Origin: Vicugna vicugna
Lineage: Eukaryota
Direction: 5' to 3'
Length of the DNA: 64,000 nt
Assembly: GCA_013265495.1 (NCBI GenBank)
Contig: MU058584.1
Coordinates: 7,282,407-7,346,406, forward strand
The notes below the pieces were generated by a model, which was given only the letters and a program-made list of their open reading frames with translations, made no database searches and was not told where the DNA came from. The first letter of the stretch is position 1, and the number at the start of each line of letters is the position of its first letter. Of this stretch, positions 1 to 13,428 are shown piece after piece. The position numbers and the translations under genes are program-made.

Positions 1-279
1 TTGGAAGTAGTTAGAATGTCCTTTCTTTGTTGTAGTTTTCAACAATCAAATCATAATGAGTTTGAATGAAAAATGATTCTCTGTGTTGAGTAGTGGTGTT
101 TTTAAAATCTAGGGTTCTTTTTGTTACTGCTCAGAGAAAAGAATGAAGCATTATATGATGTACTGTGCTTTCCACTGAGAGCCTAAAGAGTGAACCACTT
201 TAGGTTACTTTGAAAATTTGAAAGCATGAAAATATTCAGGCAGGTGTATGTCTCCTTGTAATTGTCTTAATACTGTAAT

Positions 280-794
280 CACTCATGGATTAGTTGCAGA
301 TGATGGAAACCACTGCAACTATATAATCAAAAAAAAAAAAAAAACCCCAAAACCTAACAAAGGTACCAGTTCCTTTGTTAGGTTTAGGAAGCTGGTGAGT
401 CAGGAAGTCTCTATGCCACCTTCTGGTTTATAACTTTGGCCACAACCAGGGGTCATGAAGCTACTGTTGCCTTCTGGAACATTCTACCTTAGCTCTGATT
501 CACAATCAGATTGCTGCCGGCACTGTTAGCTTCAGAGCTGTCTGCTGCCTGCTAGATCTTTAACAGCAAACAAACAAACAAAAAAAACACCTTGAGTGCT
601 GCTTCTCTTCCACTTAACTTGATTCTGAATTCAGGTCTTATGGAAGTGCATCTAATGATGACAGCTAAATTGCATCAAGAATGCTAGTTACAAGGGAGTG
701 TGGAAAATGAAGATTTTGGCATCTAGTCTCTTCAGCGTAGGAAGGCAAATAAGATTGGAACAGACGTTGAGCTAGCCAGTTACTGTCTACCACA
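280..794. mobile_element. Old MaLR (MLT1-like) LTR relic
   Basis: Recalled MLT1-type motifs (gctagttacaagggagtgtggaaaatg...ttgagctagccag...taccaca); boundaries approximate. Confidence 0.4.
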
Positions 795-1871
795 GCTGCT
801 CTTGTCTTAGTCCCTGTGATTTCTAGAAAATAATCTTCAGTTTAGAATTTGCCTAATTGAATAAAAGAAATGATTTTCAGATATAGGCCTTGTATTTTAC
901 ATTTAGGTCTCCATGTAAATCTTTAAAATAGGTGTTTTGTTTTTATAATCAGGTCTTCACAAGAGTATCTAGTAATCAGAAAGGTAGCCAGATATGCCAG
1001 CTGGAATCACTTAAGTATTTAGGTGTGTTTATAGTTTGTATTCCATGTGTCTTTTCTTTAGAACTTGGCTGTCTTTTGAAACTGAGCTTCTCCCGCTGGT
1101 GCTAAGGCTAGTGCATTTAATTGAGATTCTCTTTCGCCATGGAGTATTACGTAGAGCAATGGAGCATAAGCAGCATTAGTTTACTGACTTTAATTTTGTG
1201 ATTGTGATACTGGATATGCACTAAGTATAATGTAGAATATACTTAAGATATAGCCTCTTCTTTTAGGAACTTAACATTTAAGGAAATAGACAATGTATAA
1301 TGCTATTTAACATGAAAATTCTTCTGTCCAGTGTATTTTTTCATGTAGAACTAAGTAGAGGGGCTAAGGGGTGTGGCTTTCAGCTATACTTGGCAATATT
1401 TATACGACTGGAAATTTTCAGATGAGATAATAGAAGATTCCAGACAGAGGGCCAGTCCGAGCCACAAGTGGTACCATCGAGCCAGCAGGGCCTGAGAGAG
1501 CTGGGAGTTGGGGTGAAGGCCATGGTGAAACAGTGTTCTGTGTATGTCGCTCAAATTGCCTTCTCCATACAGTCTAGATGTGTGCAAATGCCAGCACCCC
1601 GAGGGTCCTACTTTGATGTGTTGCCGAGCACCTTTGGCCTGGTGGGTACTGAGTGGGAGAGAGTCCAGCCTTGGCCAAAACACCTGTTATGAGATCAACA
1701 GGATTAATCTCCTACCTCAGTTTCTCCAAGGAGACAGTTTTGTTATTTGACCTGAAAATGTTATATAATGTTTTAAGGAACCAAATCTTAGAATTTTCTC
1801 TAAGATAATACATTTGTAATTACCAAAGATTATTTCCCTTTAAATAGATTTTTTTTTCAGGTCTAGACTTA

Positions 1872-2330
1872 TTATTTTTGACTATTCTGAAATAATTTCA
1901 AACATAGTGAGTTGCAAGAATAGTATAAAAGTCCTGCATACCCTTCACCTGTTTTTAACATGTGTTTGTGTATGCATGTATGTTCCTGTACCATTTAAGA
2001 GTTAGTAGAGATATAGTGCCCTTTTACTACCAAGCACTAGAGTGTGAATTGTCTAAAAACAAGGACATTCTCTTATATAACCACATGGGTATGCAGTCCC
2101 TATTCAAAATTTGCCAGTTTTCCCAATGATATTCTTTAGAGCATATTTCTCCTTGACCAAAGAGGCGAGTCAGGATCACATGTTGCATTCAATTGTCATG
2201 TCTTTCTAATCTCCTTTAATCTAGAACAGTTCCCTAGACTTTCCTTTCCTTTCATGACTTAAATATTGCTGGTGAGTATAGGTCAGCTTATTTATAGACT
2301 GACCCTTAATTTTGGCTTGTATGATTCAAT
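1872..2330 (-). mobile_element. Old LINE-1 3' region (L1MC-like)
   Basis: Motifs ataatttcaaacata...gttgcaagaatagta and ttgcattcaattgtcatgtctttctaatctcctttaatctagaacagttcc resemble the antisense L1MC 3' end. Confidence 0.6.
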
Positions 2331-3324
2331 TTTTTAAAAAAATAAATGATTTTATATATATATATATTTTTTTGTATTATACCAGAAACTTTTATTGAAT
2401 CATTTTTTAATGATTTTATATTTTAATTTAAAAAATGTGGAATAGTTATAAGAAAGAAAACATTCACCTATGATCCTGCTATCCAAAACTATAGTTGACA
2501 TTGACATTTCCTTGCTTTCTTTGTGAATGTATTTTTCTACACTATTGATCATTCTGTAATGGCACTGTAGTATCTGATTTTATGAGAATTTCCCATATCA
2601 TTAAATGCTCTTTAAAAGAATATTTTTAGTAGCTTCCTAGTATTCTTTATTACAGTTACACTAACTTATATTTGAATATTCTCTTACTGTTGGACACTTA
2701 AATTATTTCAGAAGCTTAGGACATTTCCAGTCTGACTTTTGAGTAAGGCTTGCCTTCTCCCAGTGTGCCAATGTACCCGTGTTCCCAGTGCTTGTCACAC
2801 CGTCTGTAGTGACAGTGTGTTGTCATTTTCTCAGACTGACTGCTGGGAGATCACAAGGGGTTAAATATTGCTAAGTCAAACAGATGTTCAGCTTGGATGC
2901 ATCTTCAAGGTCTTGTCTTATTCCATTTCTGATTCAGCTTCTTGGGCTCTGAGAGAAAGAGCTTCTGGTTGGAAGAACGCTCCACAGTTTTTTCAGTGGA
3001 AACAGCAATCCATGGATTCTGGTTTGGTTCTGGTGATACCCTTTGGGGATTTGTATCAACGGTGAAAGAAACAGAGGTTGGTCAAGTCTGTTACCTCCTG
3101 AAATGTTTTGTTTTTCTTAAGAATAAAAAATATGCATCATCTCCTCTGTGATTCTTTTCTTGACATGCCTATCTGACCCTCTGTACTGGACCCAGCAGGG
3201 TTAATCACCCTCACCTCTAAGTTATCCGTGTATCTTGTCCTTAGGTTGGTTACTGTAGTCCTCATACTGTATTGTGGACAAGTCTGACTTCCCTACAAAG
3301 CTTTGAGTTTTCTTTCATATAGAC

Positions 3325-3772
3325 TTTGCCTTGCAATGAATTACTCTAAAATGTAGTGGCTTAAAACAGCAGCCATTCACGTGGCTCATGATTCTGTGGA
3401 ATCAGCAGATTGGGCTGTGCTCAGCAGGGCTTAGCTGACTCTTGCTGGGACTCACTCTTATGGATGGCCGCTGGGTCAGCTGGGGGCTGGCTGATTGATG
3501 ACTAGAGCCCCTCAGTTATTCTGTTGGGATCTCTTATTCTTAAACAAACTGCTGGGGCTTGTTGACATTGCAGCCACAGAGTTCCAAAGAGCATCAAGAG
3601 GGCAAACCCTAATATTGCAAGAACTCTTCAAATTTCTGCTTCTAGTACCTTTGCTACTGTCCCATTGTCCAAAGCAAGTCATATGGCTGGCCCCAGAGTC
3701 AGTGTGGGAGGGACTGTCCAAGGGCGTGCATATGTGAACAGATGGGGCCATTACTGCATTCAATCCACCTCA
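3325..3772 (-). mobile_element. MaLR LTR (MLT1G/H-like)
   Basis: tagtggcttaaaacagc...catgattctgtgg...cccattgtccaaagcaagtcatatggc...agagtcagtgtgggagggact is typical reverse-strand MLT1. Confidence 0.7.
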
Positions 3773-4072
3773 AGTTCCTTGATGTCAGGGCTACTTACAA
3801 CTTACCCATCTTTCTACTTTTAGCTTGTATCACATCTTTCACACAAGTTAGGTGCTTGGGAAATGTTGAACACATCTATCTAGTTATCCGACTCCTTTAG
3901 CATCCCCCTAAACTAATCTCTAGGGCACAGGGAGAGCATTAGGGCAATGCTCTGGGGTGCCCAGCTTTAGGAGGCACTGCTTCTGGCTGTTGATTAGTTA
4001 GCTGATGAGGAATGTCTATGGAGAGAAAGTGGGTATACACTTGGTAGTAAAAAGAAACCAGATTAAAAAACG

Positions 4073-4161
4073 TTTTAATTGAAGTATAGTTGATTTACAA
4101 TGATGTATCAGTTTCTGGTGTACAGCATAGTGATTCAGTTATACATACATACATATTTTTT
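4073..4161 (-). mobile_element. Short LINE-1 3'-terminal fragment
   Basis: ttttaattgaagtatagttgatttacaat...ggtgtacagcatagtgattcagttatacat is the antisense cetartiodactyl L1 3' end. Confidence 0.7.
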
Positions 4162-4388
4162 GATGGGATCCTAGTAACCTTTATCTCCTAGGCAAAACAT
4201 ACATACTTCTACAGTTATGTTGGATTCTTATTTTTCTTCAAAGGATGTCCTTGATGTTCATTTTAATCTGATTTCATTCTGTGAAACTATTAGGGAGAGA
4301 GCACACAGCTGTGTTTAGACCTTATCCTGTAAAGTCAAGGCCTCTGCAGAATTTTTGAAATTTCAGTTAACTAGGAATAGTACCTCCC

Positions 4389-4454
4389 TTAGGTATATGC
4401 AGTGGGAACCTCTGTCCTGGGTCATTAGGTATATGGGAACCTCTGTCCTGGGTC
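4389..4454. repeat. Short tandem duplication (35 bp + 30 bp copies)
   Basis: ttaggtatatg(cagtg)ggaacctctgtcctgggtc at 4389-4423 and 4425-4454, separated by a single A. Confidence 0.9.
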
Positions 4455-4924
4455 TCAGAATTTAGAGGGCCTTGCTCTGTCTTTCCTCTGGCTTCATGGG
4501 GCTGAGGGTTGGAGGGGTCAAGGCTACTCACCTAGAGATTGTACTCTCCTTCCTCCTAAATTATGTTCTAGGTAACTCAGACTCCAAAATTCTCTGCCTA
4601 AATGGCCTTTAGTTACTTTCAGGGCCTGTGTGGTCCTCTTCGCTTTTCTCCTAAAAGCAGGCTGCACCGATGTGTGTCCCCTAGGCCCAACTGATGGCCA
4701 AAGAGCAGCGTTTGCACAGTGGGGGTTAGGGAGCAGATGGATCTTGGACTTCAACCTTGCTTTGAAGGCTTCTGAGGGTGTGGGATGAAACTGGGAGTAC
4801 GATGAGACATTGATAGACCCTTTGCCTTGGGCTACAAATGTTGTGGGTGGCCTGATAAGCGATCTTGAAAGACGGTTGACAGTAGAGGAATCTTCTAGGG
4901 GAGCAAGAGCTGGACTGGTCTCTT

Positions 4925-5620
4925 TTGTTTGTTTTGTTTTTTGTTTAGTTTTGTTTTAATTGAAGTGTAGCTGATGTACATTATTATATGTTATAGGTGT
5001 ACAATATAGTGATTTATGATTTTTAAAGTTTATACTCCATTTATAGTTACTATAAAATATTGGCTACATTTCCCATGTTGTCCCTGAATATTATTTGTTT
5101 TATATGTAGTAGTTTGTACCTCTTAATCCCCTACCCCTAGATTGCCGCTCCCTCATACTGTCTCCCCACTAATAATCACTAGTTTGTTCTCTATATCTGT
5201 GAGTCTGCTTCTTTTTTGTTGTATTAAGTAGTTTGTTGTCTTCTTTAGATTTCACATATAAGTGATACACAGTATTTGTCTTTCTCTGACTTATTTCACT
5301 TAGCATAATACCCTCCAAGTCCATCCATGTTGTTGCAAATGGGAAAATTTCATTCCTTTTAATGGGTGAGTAGTATTACATTGTGTGTGTATGCCACATC
5401 TTGTTTATCCATTCATCTGTTGAGGGACACTTAGATTGCTTCCATATCTTGGCACTAGTAAATAGTGCTGTTGTGAACATTGGGTATATGTATCTTTTAG
5501 AATTAGAGTTTTCATTTTTTTTTTTTGGATATATATCCAGGAGTGGAATTATTGGGTCAAATGGCAGTTATATTTTTAGTTTATCAAGAAACCTATATAC
5601 TGTTTTCCACAGTAGCTGCA
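4925..5620 (-). mobile_element. 5'-truncated LINE-1 (end of ORF2 + 3'UTR) with 14-bp TSD
   Basis: Antisense L1 3'UTR/ORF2 end with T-rich tail at the left. Perfect TSD tggactggtctctt at 4911-4924 and 5621-5634. Confidence 0.92.
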
Positions 5621-6784
5621 TGGACTGGTCTCTTGAATTTTGGGAATTTTGGTAAAGTCAAATGACTTCTGGACTATTAAGAGCTAAAAATTGCTAAATA
5701 GCTGCTTAACTAACTACATTTTAGGGCAATAAATTATTTTGACGTTTCTTCTGTGAGATTATGAGCTGAAGCATTGGTTCCTGTTAATAAATATAGCAAA
5801 ATTATGAGATTGTATTCTCTCTTTTAGGAAAACTGTCAAGTTGTTAAGTTACTTTTCCTTGATAAGTGGTAAAATCTTTTCTTTGCGGTCTAAGGGATTA
5901 GTGTATAGAGCCTCACAGATAGTAGCAAGGACATGAGACTTCAATGTTGGCAGTTTAATGGGTACATAATGGAGAGGAATACTAGGGACTCATTATAATG
6001 AGGCATTTAAAATAGTTTTAAGAAATGGAAAGCTTTGAGGGCAATGAAGAAATAAACAATTTGGAGGACTGGTGTTACTGTGGCTAAAATGAATTGTAAT
6101 GATGCCTTTTTTTGTCTTCTCCCTTTACTTTAAAAAAAAAACCCCAAAACCCTCATGGTCAGTCATTGCCTGCCTGGAAGATTACTTCTGCTTTTGTTGT
6201 TTACCTTTTGCTTTTAGAAATTCAAAATGATGTGGGAGTTCTTAACAGAAGAATTGAATAGAAGCTCATTGTTTACTGGCTGTGGCTTGAATTTGAAATA
6301 AAAAAGGGCAGACATAAACGTTTTAGTCTTTATAATGTGAGGATTAGGTTAAGTCATTAGTGGTGAACATACGTCTTGTAATTTCATTTACAAGGCATTT
6401 GATTAATGACTACGCTATAAACATTTCCTCAGATTCATGTAGCTCTCTTAAAGCCAAATTATTTTTGCAGGTTAGCACACAGAATTATCATCTTTTCTGG
6501 TTTAACGTTTGAAAGAGTCATTACACACCTCCTTACTAGGAAGCTATTTCCCATTGGTTGTAGTAGAATTGTATTTTAATGTGTTGTGATAGGATAATAA
6601 CATATTATCATCAAATACAAGGTCAGGGGAAGGTAGATTTATCAGGCAATTGAATTACTGGAGATGTAATTGCTCTGAGGGAAAACCCAATTGCCTGTGG
6701 GTCGTAGACGAGCCGCTTCCTATTTTCTGCTGGAGATCTAAAATTGATTAGATTCAGGTCAGTAGATTTATGCTGTTATTCACA

Positions 6785-6940
6785 GAACCACAAAATTATA
6801 TAGAGATGGAAGGATTTTTGAAATCATCTAATCCAGTACTCTTATTTAAAAAATAAGAACATTGAGGTGCATGGTCTCTTGTTCAAGATCATACTGTAGT
6901 CGGAACCCAAGGACCATAGCCCTGAGCTAGTGACCATTAC
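6785..6940. mobile_element. MIR relic
   Basis: agagatggaaggatttttgaaatcatctaatccag...cttattt...gaacattgagg resembles the MIR core. Confidence 0.5.
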
Positions 6941-8232
6941 TTCTGAATATGGGAAGTGTCTGCTCTTTGTTCATATGAGGTATACATTCTGGAGGCAGAG
7001 TCTTTTAAAAAATATTTATGTATTTAGAAGGCTTTCTGTAATTTTCATGGATGCATGAACGGTAAAGCCAGTTCTTAGCCTGTTTTTGCAAGTTGTTTGG
7101 TTTGCCTTTATTATTGCCAGGGTAGCTCAGAGTAGCAAAATCATCCCATTCTTTGTGAATCCTTTACCAGTTATTTGTGGGACCCGTAAAAAAAGAAGTA
7201 AGCCTTATATTTATTTTTGTTGTGTTTTATTTACTTTGTTAAATAGGTAATTCTTTCACAAAATCTCTGCTGTGTTATAACCAAATTGTTAAGTTATTTT
7301 AAAGCATCATCTGATATGTAGTTTCTTCCCTTTGTCTTTGTTTTCCTTAGTAGGAACACATGGAGCCTTCAGGATAGATGTAAAACAGTCCTTACCATTG
7401 GATTGATTTTTGGAAGTCAGAAAGTGTTGTGATTCCATTATGTTCTCTGTAACCTGTCTTGTATTTTAATATCCTTATGGTCAAGAAGTTCTTGATTATC
7501 TCCTGCATAAGGATTTTTCTTTCTTTCTTAGTTTTCATTTTTTTTCTTATTCTATTTCTGTAGTTAGAAATCAGCTGGCTATTATCATTGTGTATTAAGA
7601 ACTTAGAGGCATTTTTATTTTTCTTTAGAAAAAGGATTTGCTTGTGAAGTGTCAAAAAATAGGATGTTATATTTGAAATAGTCTTGAAGCCAGTTCCCAG
7701 GACTCTACAGTAAAAAGATAGCAGAGCTGGGAATAAAACCAGGGTCATATGAAATTCATTTTTTAATGTCATTTCCCTAGAGAAGAAACTCTGTAGCTAT
7801 TAGAAACAATTAAAAGAATTCTTAATATAGATTGTGAAACTGGCATAGATGCACAAAATAATAATGAGGAGAAACTCCTAACATCCTTATATTGGCTGAA
7901 AGTCTAATTCTGCTAAAAGAAGAGGAAGATAGCATAATAGAAAGGACCTTGAAGTAGGTTCCAGTTTCCATTTGCTTGGCTAAGGCATGTGAAAGTATTT
8001 TGAAAACAGTGTTGTACAGGTGCCAGTTAGCATAAGGCTAGAGCATCTGATGCATTCTTCTCTTACACTGCCTACAATGTCATCTCTTTGAAGGTGGAAG
8101 AAGCAGTGAGGAGAATTGTTATTCTGTAGCTTTTAATGACTGACAAAGAATGTATTGGTGGTATGGCCTTAAAAGGACTTCTGGAGTAAGATAACCTTAT
8201 TAGATTTTATAAGACAGTACTGAGTATCATTT

Positions 8233-9437
8233 ATTTTTAATTTTTTATTGAATGTTCAGGTGTACAGCAAAGTGATTCAGTTATACATATCTATGTATAT
8301 ATGTGTATTCTTTTTCTGATTCCTTTCCATTAGAAGTTATTAAAAGATATTGAATATAGTTCCCTGTGATATACAGTAAATCCCTGTTGTTTGTCTATTT
8401 TGTATATAGTAGTGTGTATCTATCTGTTAATCTCAAACTCCTAATTTTTCCCTCCCTTCACCTTTCCCTTTTGGTAACCATAAATTGTTTTCTATCTCGG
8501 TGAATCTATTTCTGGTGTGTAAATAAGTTCATTTCCACATATAAGTGATATCATATGGCATTTGTCTTTGTCTATCTGACTTACTTCACTTAGTGTGATA
8601 ATCTATAGGTCCATCCATGTTCCTGTGAATGGCATTATTTCATTCCTTTTTACGGCTGAATTATATTCCATTGTACATATATACCATATCTTCATCCATT
8701 CTTCTTTTGATAGACATTTAGTTTGCTTCCATGTCTTAGCTGTTGTAAATAGTGCTGCTCTGAACACTGGGCTGCCTATATCTTTTTGAGTTAGTTTACT
8801 TGGAATATGTGCTCTGGAGTGTGATCGTACGGTAACTCTGTTTTTAGTTTTTTAAGGAACCTCTCTGTACTGTTCTCTATGTGACTGCACCAATTTACAT
8901 TCCCATGAACATTGTAGGAGGATTCCCTTTTCTCCACACCCTCTCCAGCATTTATTATTTGTAGACTTTTTGATGATGGCCATTCTGACTGGTGAGAGGT
9001 GGTACCTCATTGGTATTTTGACTTACATTTCTCAAATAATTAGTGCTGTTGAGTATCTTTTCATGTGCCTGTTGGCCATCTGTATGTTGTCTTTGGAAAA
9101 TGTTTATTTCTGTCTTCTGCCCATTTTTTTGATTAGTTTCTTTTGATATTGAGCTGTATGAACTGTATATTTTGGAAATTAAGCCCTTGTCAGTCATATT
9201 GTTTGCAAATATTTTCTCTTATTCCATAGATTGTGTTTTTGTTTTGTTTATGGTTTCCTTTGCTATGCAAAAGCTTAAAGTTTAATTAGGTCCTACTTGT
9301 TTTATTTTTGATTTTGTTTCCATTACTCTAGGAGATGATCCAAAAAAAAAATTACTGCAATTTACATCAAAGGGTGTCTTGCCTATGTTTTCCTCTAGGA
9401 GTTTTATCGTATCTGTCTTAACATTTAGGTCTTTAAT
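8233..9437 (-). mobile_element. 5'-truncated LINE-1 (ORF2 C-terminus + 3'UTR)
   Basis: Antisense ORF2 C-terminal sequence (ORF 8955..9197 TDKGLISKIY). Degenerate 13-bp TSD ctgagtatcattt (8220-8232) / ctgggtgtcattt (9438-9450). Confidence 0.9.
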
Positions 9438-9712
9438 CTGGGTGTCATTTTTTAAAAGTTGATTTTAAGGAGTTTAGAGAAAAAAAGTAGATACTTTAGA
9501 AGGGGTGGTGACTCGTGAAGATGGTTGCTAATACAAAAATGAAATTCTTATAATTTACTTGTGGATGATCTAAACAGGAGGAAAAGGTATATGGATGAGG
9601 TAGTTTATCTAACAAAGCCAGTGATACAGACAACACTCTGAGCACAAAGTGTATGGAAGATATAAAAAATATCAAGGGAGGGTATGTAACTAAGGAAAAA
9701 TACAACCATAGC

Positions 9713-11027
9713 ATTTATTTAAAATGGAATTAGTGACTTTTCTGTAGTAGAATTGGCTTTAAAATAAGCACAACAGAATGTATTTCAAAGTTAAAACAGT
9801 GGCTACTACGCTACTCCTTGACTCTGGAGAAGAATTCATATAAAGTGAATTCTGAATTCAAGACAGTGTCAGGAAGGCAAAAACTGAGAATTAGCTGAAG
9901 TTTGGCAGAAGTAAGAGCAAGCAAACTAAAACAGGCTAAAGACAAGAGAAAGGGCTCTTGTTTGTTTTGTTAAAATTAAATTAAAGCTCCTTCCAGATGA
10001 TAGAAAAGGGGGTAAGGCCACTTGTTAGGGAGGATGGAAAGCCTTCTTAAAGCTATTCTTTACTGAATATGTAACAACAGAGACCAAACATTTTCTTGGG
10101 ATAGTTGTAGCAAGCGAAAGATTTGGGTTTAAATGTCTATTTCTAGCATTACCATTTATTATGTTCAATGTAGCTGCCATGCTTGCATAGATGTCTAGAT
10201 GTGTGACCACCTTGATCTGAGTTTAAGCCTTGTCTTACGTTCCTCTGATTGGGATTTACTAGCTGTTATAGTGCAGATTTGTCAATGGTGAGTGCTGAGA
10301 ACTAGGGTATATGGAAAAATTGATGAAAAAACTACAAGTGTACCCGTCTCTGTTCTCCAAACCATCCCTAATTATTTGCAGTAGGATCAATGAATCAAAG
10401 GATGATCTTTTAGGAACAGTTCTTCAAATAACTATTCTCAGTGTGGGATCTACCAAGTTGAGGGCCAGAGAGAGAGAGAGGTAGTTGAACATTAGGGGTA
10501 CCTTGTAGCTTGCTTAGGGACCCCTTATCAAACCTCTCTTTCCAAGCAGCTATGTAGTGCCTTAAAATGAGCTGTTTACTTGGCTGTGCTTTCTCATTTA
10601 CATTTTATGTTCAAATTCTTTACAGCCCAATCAAAAGAGAAGAATGGAACCTGTACACCCCTTTTGTGAGGGCACATTTAAAGCTTAGTTTGATATTGTA
10701 CTGTAAGAAGAATGCTAAAAATAATGTTCATAGTGAATCTGTTTTCCAGTTTTAAGATTTGGCTTTTAAAAACTATCTTCAGTCTTAAATGGTAGTACTT
10801 ATTCTGTGAATTTATATAGAAGTAGCATTTCTGGCCAAGTAGAAAAAATGACTAGTTTGTTCATTTTCCTAGAAAACTAACAGATGCTTTCCTAGAGATA
10901 AAACATAATGAAATTTATTTAAAATTGAGTTGTGACTTTCCTGTAGTAAAATTGGCTTTAAAATATGCATTTAGCAGAATGTATTTAAAAGTTAGAACAA
11001 TGGCTACCAGCTACTCCCTGAGCCTCT
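9713..11027. repeat. Pair of diverged ~110-bp direct repeats (9713-9825 and 10913-11027)
   Basis: atttatttaaaat..gtgacttt.ctgtagta.aattggctttaaaat...cagaatgtattt.aaagtta...tggctac...gctactcc occurs twice, starts 1200 bp apart. Confidence 0.85.
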
Positions 11028-11636
11028 TGTATTAAAAAGAACTTACATGCAGTTTCAGGGGAACGAAATAATTAAATTGGCTCTTTTTTCTTTTGACGCT
11101 GATCCTGCAAAATACTTTTGAGAATTATAAGGGTGACATAGTTCATGCTAGAATAGTAATAATAACTTCCAATTCTGTGTGTGTGGAGGGGCAGGGCATA
11201 AGTCTATCTAGAAGAACATCATTTTGGTCTTGATTATTAGACACCAGTCACAGCAAGCAGAAAATAAAGTCATACATTCTGAGTTGAAGGTAAAATAACA
11301 ATGGATGTAGTTTCTAAGAGTCACTCCATGTGGTTATTGAAAAATCTGGTATTAAAAAATATATTCATTTCTGAAAATTTTCCCATATAATTGACATGAT
11401 GGGTTAATATGGTTTTGCAACCAAATTGTGCTGAGATGGTCAACAACCTACCCAAGAGAGAAAGAGCATCAGAAGGCCACGATGGTCAAACATCAGATCT
11501 AAGAGTTTCCCATTTAGAAAGCTGGAAGTGGTTGATGCCAATATTATTAGATTGTAGTGTTAGAAGATGGGGCTGGAGGCATAAATTTGGTAATCATCGT
11601 GTGCAGTAAATATCTCTTCCCAAATTACTTTTAAAT

Positions 11637-13286
11637 AACTTAATTTTAGATCCATTTTAGATTTACAGAAAAATTGCAGAGATTAGTAAAGAGAATTCTA
11701 TACACCCCATATTCAGTTTCCTCTATTACTGAAATATTATTATGGTATATTTGTCATAATAACAAGCCAATATTGATATATATATATATACTTTTTTTTA
11801 TTAAGTCTGTATTTTACTCAAATTTCCTTGGTTTTTATCTCAGGCTCTTTTTCTATTCCAGGGTAACACTCTGCATTTAGTTGTCATGTCTGTTAGGCTC
11901 TCCTTGACTATGACAGTTTATTAGATTTTCCTTGTTTTTGATGATGTTGACAATATCTGAGGAATATCGGTCAGCTGTTTGGTAGAATGTCTCTTAATTG
12001 GGATTTTTCTGATATTTTATCATGTGGTTATGGGTTTTTGGTAGAAATACCACAGAGGGAAATTGCCATTTTCATCACATGTCAAGGGCACATACTATCA
12101 ACGTGACTTATTACTATTGACGCTGACCATTATCACCTGACGGAGATAGTGTTTGCCAGGTTTCTCCCTTTCCAGACTGTCCTCTTTGTACAACCTACAC
12201 ATAAGGAGTGAGGGTTTTGTTCCACTTCTCTGAGGGTGGATTATTTACATAAATTACTAGAAATTCTGCATGGCAGATTTGTTTATTCTTCTCCATTTAT
12301 TTCTTCACTCAATCATTTATTTATAGCAGAATGGACTCATGGATATTTTATACTTTGGGTTACAATCCAATACAACTTAATTTTGTTGCTCAAACTGTTT
12401 CCTTGGGAGCTTTTTCACTTGGCTCCTATGTCCCTTTGAAACATCATTTGTCCTGTCATTGTGGGTGTGTGTCTGAGTGTGTGTTATGAGCACTTCCTTA
12501 CTTCCTGTCACTGTAAAATAGTCCAGCATCATCTTTTATATTTCCTGCTCTGGTCCCAGAATCAGCTATTTCTCGAGGGAACCCTGGTTCCTATAATTGG
12601 AGAATGGTATTAGAAACCAAACTAATTGCTACTGGAATATAGTTGCTTCCAGGTCTTTTCAGCTGAAAGAACAAGGAGCTATATATGTGTATACTAACCC
12701 ATGTATATGCCCATATCTCTAAATATTTCTGTATGTGACTGTCTGTATCTACGTTAAACTAAACATGAGTTCACACTGATGTCTTCAACTCTAATCCATT
12801 ACCACGTGGATAATTCTACCCTTCTCCTCTTGCTTATTTGTAACTTCTCCATTCCAACAGTGAGAACTTTGGCTCCCACCCCCTTTTATTTACTTAATTG
12901 TTTATTCCATTATACATGGGTATCAATGTCAGAATTGTTAACTTGTACCCCCAGGGGTAACAGCTTTACCAACCAGAGTATGGTGGTTATGTACAGTTCC
13001 TTTTGCCATTAGTCTTGCAAGTTTCACTCATTTCTAGAGTTATTTAGGTCAGAACCCCACTCCCTTCAGTGAGTAGTTTCATATAGTTAGGACAATTTGT
13101 AATACAGTTGGATTATTTTCTCATAGTCTTCATTCCATTTTGGAATCCTCTGATGTCTTTAATGATTGTTTTTAGTTGCATATGTTAAGTTTAAGTTTCA
13201 CTCTTAGTCCTGTAAAGTATAGGTTTTGACCATACATTCATGACCATGTATTCATGTCATGCATTCACCACTACAGTGTTATATGC
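11637..13286 (-). mobile_element. LINE-1 long 3'UTR segment (L1MC-like)
   Basis: ttttagatttacagaaaaattgcag...ctgcatttagttgtcatgtc...ccagaatcagctatttctc...ggagaatggtattagaaaccaa are L1MC antisense motifs. Candidate TSD cccaaatta(c)ttttaaat at 11619-11636 / 13287-13303. Confidence 0.8.
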
Positions 13287-13428
13287 CCCAAATTATTTTA
13301 AATTATTTAATAGTTGACCATTTTGACAGAAAAATCCAGCAATTTTCGATGATTCAATCTAATATAACTTGAAATGTAAGCTAGTATATTTACACACAGT
13401 ACATGAAATAACTTAAAACTTAATTGAA

